This document shows positions 13,060-23,691 of a stretch of 64,000 nucleotides of DNA, piece by piece. This stretch comes from Macrostomum lignano (Eukaryota): positions 181,428-245,427 of the forward strand of contig NIVC01001672.1 in assembly GCA_002269645.1 (NCBI GenBank), in the 5' to 3' direction. The notes under the pieces are model-generated. The model was not told the origin of the DNA, did not search any database, and saw nothing but the letters and a program-made list of their open reading frames with translations. How positions within the stretch are numbered: the first letter of the stretch is position 1; each line of letters starts with the position of its first letter. The position numbers were made by a program, and so were the translations under genes.

Positions 13060-14140
13060 CACTGCCCGATTCTTCAGTCACCCACTGGCCCAGGCCGATT
13101 CTTCAGTCACCCACTGGCCCAGGCCGATTCTTCAGTCACCCACTGGCCCAGGCCGATTCTTCAGTCACCCACTGGCCCAGGCCGATTCTTCAGTCACCCA
13201 CTGGCCCAGGCCGATTCTTCAGTCACCCACTGGCCCAGGCCGATTCTTCAGTCACCCACTGGCCCAGGCCGATTCTTCAGTCACCCACTGGCCCAGGCCG
13301 ATTCTTCAGTCACCCACTGGCCCAGGCCGATTCTTCAGTCACCCACTGGCCCAGGCCGATTCTTCAGTCACCCACTGGCCCAGGCCGATTCTTCAGTCAC
13401 CCACTGGCCCAGGCCGATTCTTCAGTCACCCACTGGCCCAGGCCGATTCTTCAGTCACCCACTGGCCCAGGCCGATTCTTCAGTCACCCACTGCCCGATT
13501 CTTCAGTCACCCACTGGCCCAGGCCGATTCTTCAGTCACCCACTGGCCCAGGCCGATTCTTCAGTCACCCACTGCCCGATTCTTCAGTCACCCACTGGCC
13601 CAGGCCGATTCTTCAGTCACCCACTGGCCCAGGCCGATTCTTCAGTCACCCACTGGCCCAGGCCGATTCTTCAGTCACCCACTGCCCGATTCTTCAGTCA
13701 CCCACTGGCCCAGGCCGATTCTTCAGTCACCCACTGCCCGATTCTTCAGTCATCCACTGGCCCAGGCCGATTCTTCAGTCACCCACTGCCCGATTCTTCA
13801 GTCATCCACTGGCCCAGGCCGATTCTTCAGTCACCCACTGGCCCAGGCCGATTCTTCAGTCACCCACTGGCCCAGGCCGATTCTTCAGTCACCCACTGGC
13901 CCAGGCCGATTCTTCAGTCACCCACTGGCCCAGGCCGATTCTTCAGTCATCCACTGGCCCAGGCCGATTCTTCAGTCACCCACTGGCCCAGGCCGATTCT
14001 TCAGTCACCCACTGGCCCAGGCCGATTATTCAGTCACGCACTGCCCGATTCTTCAGTCACCCACTGCCCGATTCTTCAGTCACCCACTGCCCGATTCTTC
14101 AGTCACCCACTGCCCGATTCTTCAGTCACCCACTGCACGA
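13060..14140. repeat. Tandem array, 29-bp unit GATTCTTCAGTCACCCACTGGCCCAGGCC with 23-bp variant; resumes at ~15450-15497
   Basis: Directly visible; two more units follow the LINE fragment. Confidence 0.95.
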
Positions 14141-14149
14141 TTCTTCTTC

Positions 14150-15447
14150 TTCTGGCTGTCCTGGCTCAGATCAGGCGCGCCGTGGGCACCACCTGAGGGC
14201 TCACCCCCAGGAAGCTGTGGTGGATTTACACTGCCATCATCCGCCCCTCGATCAGTTACGCCAGCCTCGTGTGGGCCAGCGGCCTGAGCGTCAAGAGCAA
14301 CCTCGACGCTCTCTACAAAACCCAGGGCAGAGCCTGCCGCATGACTATGGGCGCTCCACCCTCTACTCCTTTTGAAGGCATGAATGCCTTCCTCTGTGCC
14401 CCTCCTCTGGATATTTATATCAAAGGAGAGGCGGCGAAGAGCACCCGGCGTCTTCTGGATGCTGGGGTGGCCTTCAAAAAAGTGCGGGCCTTTAAGAAGC
14501 GGTCGCTTATCCCGCACTCTGACCTCTGCCTCAAGGCTCTCGAGGAGTGTGGCGGGCTTAACATCCTCATGGACTCAATCCCAGCCACCCTTCTCCTGAG
14601 CCAAAGGTATAAGGTCACTATTCAGCCTCGACACGAGGCGAGCGACAGCTGGAGCGATTCTGAAGTCCACTGTTACACTGACGGCTCTATGAGGCATGGT
14701 CTTTCAGGCTTCGGAGCTTGCGTCTTCTTCAAGGGAGAAGTGGTGTGGAGCTACTCCCAGCACACTGGGCCCCAACTCCAGTGTTTTTCAGAGCGAGGTG
14801 CTTGCCATCAGCTCCTGCGCGGCAGAGCTGCGCCGAAGGCAGCTCAGCGGTCGGAAATTTATTTTTCACTCTGACAGCCAAGCAGCCCTTCGGGCCCTCT
14901 GCCGCAGCACCGCCAGCTCCAGGTCCGTCCTGGACTGCAACACCCAGCTCAACGGGCTTGCGCTAGGCAACCAGGTGGAGCTCAGATGGATCCCGGGCCA
15001 CGCCGGCTTCCTCGGCAACAAGCGCGCTGACCTGCTGGCCAAGGCTGGCTCCGCCGGCGCGCTGCTGGGGCCAGGCCCGGGAGCCCCCATCCCCGCCTCG
15101 GTGATCAACTCCCGCGTTAAGCGCTGGACTGACTCCGAGCATCTCCGCAGGTGGCACGACACCCAGCCAGGCTCACTCACCTCGGGCCAAACCCGGTTCT
15201 CCCCGACGTTTGCAGGCCCGAGAGCATCCCGCTGCTCGCCCGGTACCTCAAGGACACGGGACGAGCTGATCTCTTCCCCACCGCCGGTGAGGAGGACCGC
15301 GCTGCAGGCGAGACCGACGGGTCCCCCTGAGCGCCATCACTTCGATGGAAGTCTTTGGTCGCCAGGGGCTAGCGGAATGGGCGGTCTCCTCCGCCTCCTC
15401 GCTGCATCCGCCGGACGCCCCCTGCAGCTAAGTCAAGTAAGTCAAAG
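14150..15447 (+). mobile_element. 5'-truncated non-LTR retrotransposon (RT thumb plus RNase H; LOA/R1/I-group type), frameshifted
   Basis: Motifs GLTPRKLWWIYTAIIRPSISYASLVW, CYTDGS, SVFQSEVLAI, FHSDSQAAL and WIPGHAGFLGNKRADLLAKAG. A stop at ~14195 and a frameshift at ~14770 disrupt it. C-terminal remnant LLARYLKDTG and a short tandem tail CTAAGTCAAGTAAGTCAA at ~15428-15446. Confidence 0.85.
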
Positions 15448-16219
15448 CCCCGATTCTTCAGTCACCCACTGCCCCAGGCCGATTCTTCAGTCACCCCGAA
15501 GAATGGCACCGCCGATCAAATCCGGGGCGTTGGCGCCGGTCAGCGGCAGTCGACGAAACACCGAGTGCACGACTGTCCTCGCAGTTAATGTGGCTGCAGG
15601 GTCAGGTAGTGACACCTCTTGCACCAGCTGCGGGCAGTACGACTCGGCGCGGATGATGCGGTTTGCCAGCTGGAGTTACTGTCGATGCAAACATGTAGTG
15701 ATCAGCCTTGGTGCAAGGCAAAATGAAGACTGCGAATGAGATAGGGCTGTAAAAATTCAGGTATTACGAGCCCCATAAAAAGTGCAAACCGACCAAGCTT
15801 GAGCTTATTGTACTTCAACCGCCGGGTACGAACATCAGGGTTGACAATCATCTTCTCCGACCCATTCCACTGGTCCTTCCTTTTCACTCATCTACGGTCT
15901 GGCTCGCCAACGAGATCGCTAAAAACTTTGATAAACTACAAAATAAACCAGGCTCTCGCCTGCCCGCATTTACACGGCAACGTAATTTACAGAGCCTCCT
16001 GGCTCCCAATAAGTTTAAGTGTCAGCCAGGAAACCATTGAATCATTTTAAATGTACATCTCTCATAGGTACAACTACTCATCAATTCTATCAGACTAAGA
16101 AAAATAATACTTAAGAGACCAACTTGCTTTGCATTACACACAGATTTTTGGCCTGACGAAGAGCCCAGAGGCTTGAAACCGGTTGCCTATTTTCTAAAAT
16201 AATATTTTAATACGCCGTG

Positions 16220-16488
<269 letters not shown>

Positions 16489-17660
16489 GCATGCGCGTGG
16501 GATCTGCTTCCGCTGCGAGTTTTCAGAAACCGTTCAGGTACGCGGAGGTGTTATCGGCAGGCTAAGATCTGTCAAAGCTAAAACTGGGCTAAGTTTGTTT
16601 TATTATTTCTAGTTTCTAGGGCAGTTCATTCGGTTAAGACTCTAATTTTTCTTCTCTTATCTAAATTAGCATTCAGACCGACCCAAGGACGATATTTGAT
16701 AGACAAATCCGAAGCAATTGTTAATTTCTGGGGCCTTGGCTTACTCCTACCTTACTAAATGCGATTCGGTTCTGGGTCACGCGGTGCGCCAGGGCTGGCC
16801 TAGTCAAGGGTGCATCGTTTTGCGCCCGGGCGCTCAAGCCGCTCATTGCAGTTTATTAGTAAAAGCTTCGCTTGAGCAGATATTGCACTGTCAGTTTGGT
16901 GTGCGTCTGTTTCTGCCGCTCCTAGTGGCGCCGCGCGGCTTCGTTTTATTGCTGGGTTGGCCTCAAACTAGCTGCTACTAGTTAACTTCTGTTGTTTTTT
17001 CAATGCTGCGTACGTCTGTACAAATATAATATAGGTGCCGCTCGAAGCAGCTCGTTGTTGAGCTCGTTCTTAATCTGCAGTCGGATTCACTTGGGGGGAA
17101 GAGCAATTTTAAAAGTATCAGATCGAACCGAATTTTGCAATTAGGAGTTTTTTCAACTTACGGAGGCAGATTATTTAAGGACAACTGGTGGGGGTGGCGA
17201 GCTGCAATTCCGACAATAATGGACTCTTATAATATAATAGTTAGAGAGCAAAAGAAGTGACTCTGGGGCATTCTGTTTCGAGATAACGCCCGCTGTCACA
17301 GACAGCTCTGAGACTGACTGAAAGCGACAGGGCTCTTCAGGTAACTATTATTGCGGCCGCCCTGGAGAAGGCTTCGTAGAAAATGCCCTGTGCTGGACCC
17401 TACTTTCCTCCATTCATCTGTCCGGGCAAGCTTCAAAGCATATTGAAACTGCATGCTGGAGCTAGCCGTCTGTTGTATTTCCACTGCATGAGAATTGTGC
17501 AGTGAGTGTCAGATTCTCTCTGTGCATCCAGCATAGGCTTCATTCAATTCTCTCTATTTGGCTTTCTGTATGCCAGGCCTGCATGCCTGTGCGATCCTGT
17601 GACTGCGTGTCGGAGAGTGCAACTGTGGCTGCATGGGGCGGGCCGCAGCCTCGGCTGCAG

Positions 17661-17827
17661 CCAATGAGAATCGGCCGCCAGCCCACCGGGTGTGCACTTT
17701 TTTCCTGTCTGGGTTGGGGTTGGAGGGGGCTAGCAGGAGGAGTCGACACCGGGGCAGAGCAGAAGCGTTTTTGATGTTCTTTCTCTCTTTCTTCTTTTTC
17801 CGTCGGAGCCGGAGAGCTCTATTTAAA
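17661..17827 (+). promoter_or_regulatory. Candidate promoter of the DEG/ENaC gene (CCAAT box and TATA-like box)
   Basis: GCAGCCAATGAG with CCAAT at 17661-17665, and TATTTAAA at 17820-17827, 120-290 bp upstream of the ATG at 17948. Confidence 0.35.
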
Positions 17828-17947
17828 TCGGCAATGGAGTAAAAATGAAAGGCTTGAATTAAGCGGGCTGCGCCTAAGTGCTTGTTTCTCCTGCAGTTTG
17901 AGTTGTTTCACGCTGAGACATCTGGCCGCTCTGCTCAATTAGCCGTC

Positions 17948-20900
17948 ATGGGCGTCCTGCGCATGCTCGCAGAGACGTTCGTCTTCAATACCTCGATGCG
18001 TGGCTTCATGAAGCTGTACAAGACTCCGCATAGATTCCTGCGCTGCCTGTGGGCATTGTACGCCATCTCGATGCTGTCCTTATGGATCACCGCTTGCTAT
18101 TTCCTTATCGAGCACTATAGCGGCTTTTATGTCACTGTGCAGCAGAGCGAACGCATCCAGGACATCACGCCGCTGCCGTCAATCACGCTATGCAGTCAGG
18201 CCCCAATGGGTGACCACGCGGCCAGCCTGTGGAGCAACGGCACCATCATGTCGCCGATGCACCTGCACGCGGCCATGAAACGCAGCATGCGCAACGCGTT
18301 CGGCAACGGCACGAGCCGACGATTGTCGCAGTTCTACGCGGCCAAGGACGTATTCTACGCTGACAAGATATCCACATACTTTCAGAACATTGACATCACC
18401 GAGGCCAGGCGAATCGGCATGCGCCCGGAGGACTTGCTCGTGTTCTGCCTGATGAAGCACACGCCGAATAACAATCCCAGCGTCAGTCACGACGAGATCT
18501 GTCGCCTGTCAGTGAAATGGGTTCGTCACCCGCTCTACCTCAACTGCTACACTGTCACGGTCGATCAGGAGGACACCCTCGACGTGTCTTCCGTCTCGCT
18601 GATCCTTCGCTCCGGAGTTGCGCAGCCTTTGCCGCTGCAGGGCCATGTGTTCGACTTGTTCAGCCAGTCGCAAGGTCTGAAGATCTCCCTGCACGAGCAG
18701 GGCAGCCACCCGAACATCGACGAGAGCGCCATCAGCGTTGGCATGGGCCGCAACACGGAGATTCGGTACACTTTGGTGCAGCACAGGCGTCTGAATCTCG
18801 GCAATCAGCGAAGCAATTGCCTGGACTCGGAGAAAACTGCCAAGCAACGGGTGCTCAGAGACTTTGACGAGACCTACAATTACACATTCGACGCGTGCAT
18901 GAGCCAGGCTATAGGTCAGCTGATCCTTGGCGAGTGCAATTGCGTGTCCGCCTTCCACTTGGTGACGCAGGTGCCAACGAGGAATACACCATTCTGTCAC
19001 TATCACGAAGGCGAGAATACTTCCAGCTTGTTATCCAGGTGGGAAAAGTGCATCAAATTCAGTTATGCATGTCTTATGTCATCCCTTTTTATGACACGAG
19101 TCCATCTTTTTCGGTAGCTCAATCTCAGGATCAGGACTTTCCTGCAATCAATCAAGTAATCTTTCGGGAGCTCATGAGTGCATGAAAAATATCTAAGCAA
19201 AACAAGCCCTCATGAGCTCGTACATTGATAGCTTTTTATTACACCTGCCCTAATGGGGCTGCATCTGAAGGCTGCGTACGGCTGTTCAGTTCAAGGACTG
19301 GGGGGTCGCCACACACACCCTCAATTACCCCAGCTAATGGTGGCACCCATTTTACAACTGGGTGAACTGAACCAATGCAGAGTTAAGTGTCTTGCTCGGG
19401 GACACAAATTGTTCTGAGTGGGTCGAGAATCGAACCCCCGACCTTTCAGTCGTGAGTCCGAACCACTAGGCTGCAACCCCCTTACTTTGATGCTGTATTG
19501 TCAAAAGTTTGTCATAGTTTTAACTTGAAATACGTCGGAGAATTCGTTTAGCCTAAATCTGAGACCAACTTTACAAAAATCGGCTGATCCCAACTGAAGT
19601 TATGATAAATCAAGTAAAACTTTAAGCACAAACTCGCGTATCTGTTGTGTGTAAAATGAAAACCTGCAGTCAGTTACTGGCGTCTGTAGGTGCGGCTTTG
19701 AAAAGATTTGACACCATTGGGTACAAAAGCTACACTCGCAAAATCTTGCAAGTTTTTGCTGGAGGCCTGCATGTTTTCGCTGCAAAATGCATTGGCGAGA
19801 TGAGAATATTTCCATTTTTTTGCTCTAAATTCACAATAATATCTCACCTGCTAGACTTACAAGCAACATTTTTCAATTTTTTTCTTGTTCGAATTTGTCC
19901 ATGCAAAACCCCACTCAGCGCGATCTGCTTCAGCTATCCAGGGTTAGCACTATAGAAATTTGTTCAAGAGCTTCTTGCATGATCTATTTGAGCATCAAAA
20001 TGAATACCTCATATTCTCGCCAATTAATCATATGATGGTAATTTTAAGTATATTAATCCATTTCGACAGGTAAATGAATCCGCATCATTGATGTTTATTC
20101 CCTTCAATATTCAGGCTTGACTGCGTTAGAAACATCAAGCTGCCGCATCGCATAGCGCAGCTGCGCACCACCACCTGTCTGAGAAGGTGCAACTTCAACC
20201 AATTCGATATGCAGGTCAGCTCCGCCCAATGGATGCCGACCCGATGGCAGCTCAAACTCGTCCTGCAGCTGGCCCCCGCCTGGGACATCATGATCGATCA
20301 CCACTCCAGCGAGGCCGAGGTGGCGGAGGCTCGCAGGAGGCTGATGAGTTTCATTGATTCGCCAAATGAGCAGCGACAGCTGCTGAGCAACACCAGCGAA
20401 CCGGACATAAGCCGCCTGACGCTGGTGACCGTCTCCAGGGCAACCTACAACACGATATTGAAGACTGAGACTCTGCAGGTGACGCTCTCCACCCTGCTAG
20501 CTCAAATTGGCGGTCTGGGCTCGGTGACCATTGGCCTAACCATAACGGTGCTATTTGAGGCCTGCGAATACTTCTACCTGACCACTTTCAACATCTACAA
20601 ACACCTGAGAGACAAGCGACGGAAGCGGAAAAATCCTGCAGCACTAGAAGAGGACGAAAAAAGCGACGATGACGGCGGCAGCGGAGCCGGCGAAGGCGTC
20701 TGCGACGGCGACTGCGAGGAGGACGCCATCGGCGACGTCTTTGGCGACGACAATGACGACGACGACGACAACAAATCCGGCGTGAAGCAGGACGATTCGG
20801 CCGGTGATCATGCTCACAACAGTGACCAAGGTGAGACGCTGCCGTTGAATTCACTGAATCGTGCCTCCGGCAGGAACAGCGGCCGACACTCGTTGGGCGA

Positions 20901-20976
20901 CAACGAAGACGAAGACGCCAGTTCAGAGTCGTGGAAAGCGGAGGCACGAATCCACAGACCCCTGGCGTTGGCGTGA
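17948..20976 (+). CDS. DEG/ENaC (amiloride-sensitive channel superfamily) subunit, ~650 aa, 2 coding exons
   Basis: Exons 17948-19038 (AG|gtggg) and 20115-20976 (tcag|G) join in phase 2. Features: TM1 (CLWALYAISMLSLWITACYFLI), PLPSITLC, YLNCYT, GLKISLHEQGSHP, Cys-rich YTFDAC...GECNC, CLRRC...SSAQW, TM2 LLAQIGGLGSVTIGLTITVLFE, and an acidic C-terminal tail. Confidence 0.92.
19252..19478 (-). mobile_element. tRNA-derived SINE with CORE/Meta-like central domain, copy 1 (in the ENaC intron)
   Basis: The - strand reads TAGTGGTT (A-box-like)...GGTTCGATTC (B box)...GAGCAAGACACTTAACTCTGC...CACCCAGTTGTAAAATGGG. A closely similar copy lies at 55516-55729. Confidence 0.75.
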
Positions 20977-21336
20977 CCTACGGGTTTGGGTGCACGTGCC
21001 ACCCGGTTTTGTGGATCAAGTACCAAGACCAGCTGCCCTTGATTATCTTCAGTGCCATTTATGCGAAGCTTGAACCCAATTGAAACAGATTCCCCTACAC
21101 CCAACATAAGGAAGCAGAGCTGAACGGGCACTAGAGGGGTGTTTTGTTTGTTTTACTGTACGTTTTGATACTGTAACGCTGCATCCTGAGAATTCGCCGA
21201 CTACCTCTTTCATGAATGTCTGCTAAGTTCGCGTGCAGTATCTGAGCAATGCATTTTGTTGAGCAAAACGGTTCTAAAAAAAATTGTTGAAAGATGTAAC
21301 AGGTTATATGATTTTGCAATGACTAGATGTTGCTAT

Positions 21337-21395
21337 AGCCGGGTGTTGCTAGCCGGATGTTGCTAGCCGGATGTTGCTAGCCGGATGTTTAGCCA
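21337..21395. repeat. Short 14-bp tandem repeat (TAGCCGGATGTTGC) x4
   Basis: Directly visible. Confidence 0.8.
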
Positions 21396-22409
21396 GTTCA
21401 TTATTTAAAATATTGAACACGGGATAAACTCCTCAGATAAAATTTGGACACGGCAGCCACTTTAACTAGGCGACCCGGACCCGCGATTCGGCACCGGATG
21501 AGATGCAAATGTCGGCTAAACAAACGGGGAATCTGCCTAATTTAACGTCCCAAGTAAGCGAGAGGTTGGCAATGAAATACACAATGCAAGAGAAACAATC
21601 TTTAGTTATACTCGTATTAATAAAGCAAAATCAACTGTTTTGTGATCAAATTGCTATACTTTAGGATGCAGCGCTTCAATCTTTTAAAAACGCTCACAAA
21701 ATAAGGAATTGCAGCTTTCAGAAACGAAAAAGCAAGTTCTTCACCAGCTTATTTTACTCGTAAAGTTCATTTTCCATTTCTGCACATCTGGTCGCTCACG
21801 CAGCATAGCTGAATTTTATGACAATTTAAACTGACATCGTACAAGTTCATATCTAGTTAAATTTTGAAACAGTCTTTTTGATGACACTGTTGCATAGGAG
21901 TTGCAATTTTGCTTGCGCTGTATTAATCATTCATTAATGTTGAATTGTCTGTATGTAAAACGATCATTTGCTATGTATGAAGTATGCGTACTACACTAAA
22001 TCATCTTGTTCAAGCCCTATGTTTAAGGGCGCACAGCTTTATAATATATTTTCAATAATTAGTGTATCTATTGCAATGAAGACTTATGCATCCTTTACAA
22101 AGGACAGAAAAATTTCTGTCGATTTCTATAAATTTGTTCTGGTTGGATGATTTCCTAAAACAAGTGCTTGAGCTGACGTGCTTTGTAAAATTCTTTTTTT
22201 TTTTATACAGTGACCTGCATGGTCCTTACCTTCAAATAAGTCACCAAAAAGTAAGCGCAGATAGAAACAGCCACAAAGAGGATGTGAACTTAAGCGTGAT
22301 TTGGAAGCCGTGAGTCCAGCAACCAAACCGCTTCGAAATTCTCACTATTCAGACCCAAAATAGACAAGAAAAGCGTAATTGATCTTTCTTCCACCCCGGC
22401 CGCTTCCGC

Positions 22410-22686
22410 ATGGGATAAATGGGGAAAATGGGGATTTCATGTGAACTTAAGGCTATGAAATGGAAGCGGTGGCTGATTGAGCCGGTTTCTCTATCGGATC
22501 TCTCTACTGGACCGACAAAATGAGAGAAGAATCGTCGAAAAAAGCATCTCTCTATCATTTGGTCTCCCTGAATGGGATAAATGGGGAAAATGGGGATTTC
22601 ATGTGAACTTAAGGCTATGAAATGGAAGCGGTGGCCGATTGAGCCGGTTTCTCTATCGGATCTCTCTACTGGACCGACAATGAGAA
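22410..22686. repeat. ~115-bp direct duplication (22410-22527 and 22572-22686)
   Basis: ATGGGATAAATGGGGAAAATGGGGATTTC...GGACCGACAA is repeated at offset 162. Confidence 0.85.
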
Positions 22687-23056
22687 TCTGACCGATGAAG
22701 CAGGCCGGCAAAGCTGCATGCCTTGAGTCTTTATGTTGAAGAATGTTATATGATTTCTGTAATTGTATTTAACGTTAAAGTATCTTTTTAAGTATCTGTA
22801 TTAGACTTTTTTGAACAGGTTTAATAAAATATTAAAATGCACGATTTTAGTACTGTATGAATACCAGTGCATTTGCAAATAATGGGAACCAAAAGTGCAT
22901 GAGCAAATATTAACAAGCACAAGTATACATGTAACAGAGCAAGTAGTGGCAAGCAAAAGTTCATAGGTAGGTATAAGTCTTTCGAATGTTGGAGTGCATC
23001 GCAAGGAAAAACTATAAACTTGTCTAGCTCTGGTCTACGATCTGGTGAAAGCACGG

Positions 23057-23691
23057 TCAGTCTTTCTTTTGCACAACTACAGCAACAAAATTTTGTGCAT
23101 CCCGGAGAAACGGATTGCAGTTGGGCTCAATTCTGGAATCGCCAATCAACCACCATACATTGTCATGCCAAACACTGGTAGTGTAGTGCCCGCGATGGAG
23201 AGATCTGCCATAGTGGCATATCACTATCACAGGACTGCCGAAGTCGGAATTACTCTCAGATCTTGGTGAGTACCGTATTTGGGTGTTGATTTTTTCGGCG
23301 TTATAGTTTTCTGGTGTCCTGCTGAAGTAAATCATTGCAAACTTCGCCGCTGACAGAATAATCTGCTCTTCAATCAAGCCTTCGCATCCTAATTGGCCGC
23401 ACTGCGAAATGCGTGGTCGCAGTCGCTCTTCCAAAAGATCGTAAAGGCTAATCGGAGCCCTGCTGTACTCTGAGAGAGGAACGCAAAGAATTTGTTCACT
23501 GATTGTTCCTGTTTGAATCGAGGCTGCGCTGTAGCCACAACGTCGACAATTACGGAGCGCAGTAACATCTGCAAGGGCGCCATTAGCAACCGAGAGAGTC
23601 GAAAGCAGGGCTTCCAAGAACTCCAGAAAGCAGTGCTGCTCACCAGCAGCAAATCTGCCGGGCAAAATGCGCCTGATAATTCCTTGTACTT
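23057..23691 (-). CDS. Ubiquitin-specific protease (peptidase C19) catalytic-domain exon, C-terminal part; Cys box not located
   Basis: GEQHCFLEFL (QQDAxEFL-like), CRRCG and CGQLGC finger cysteines, AAKFAMIYFSR, KINTQIRY, and His box VICHYGRSLHRGHYTT...WWLIGDS. A polypyrimidine acceptor ttctttacttctgccgcag| lies just upstream of 23691. Confidence 0.6.

Noticed and set aside
12936-14375. 479-aa ORF
   Set aside because: It is a translation of the 29-bp array running into an off-frame part of the LINE.
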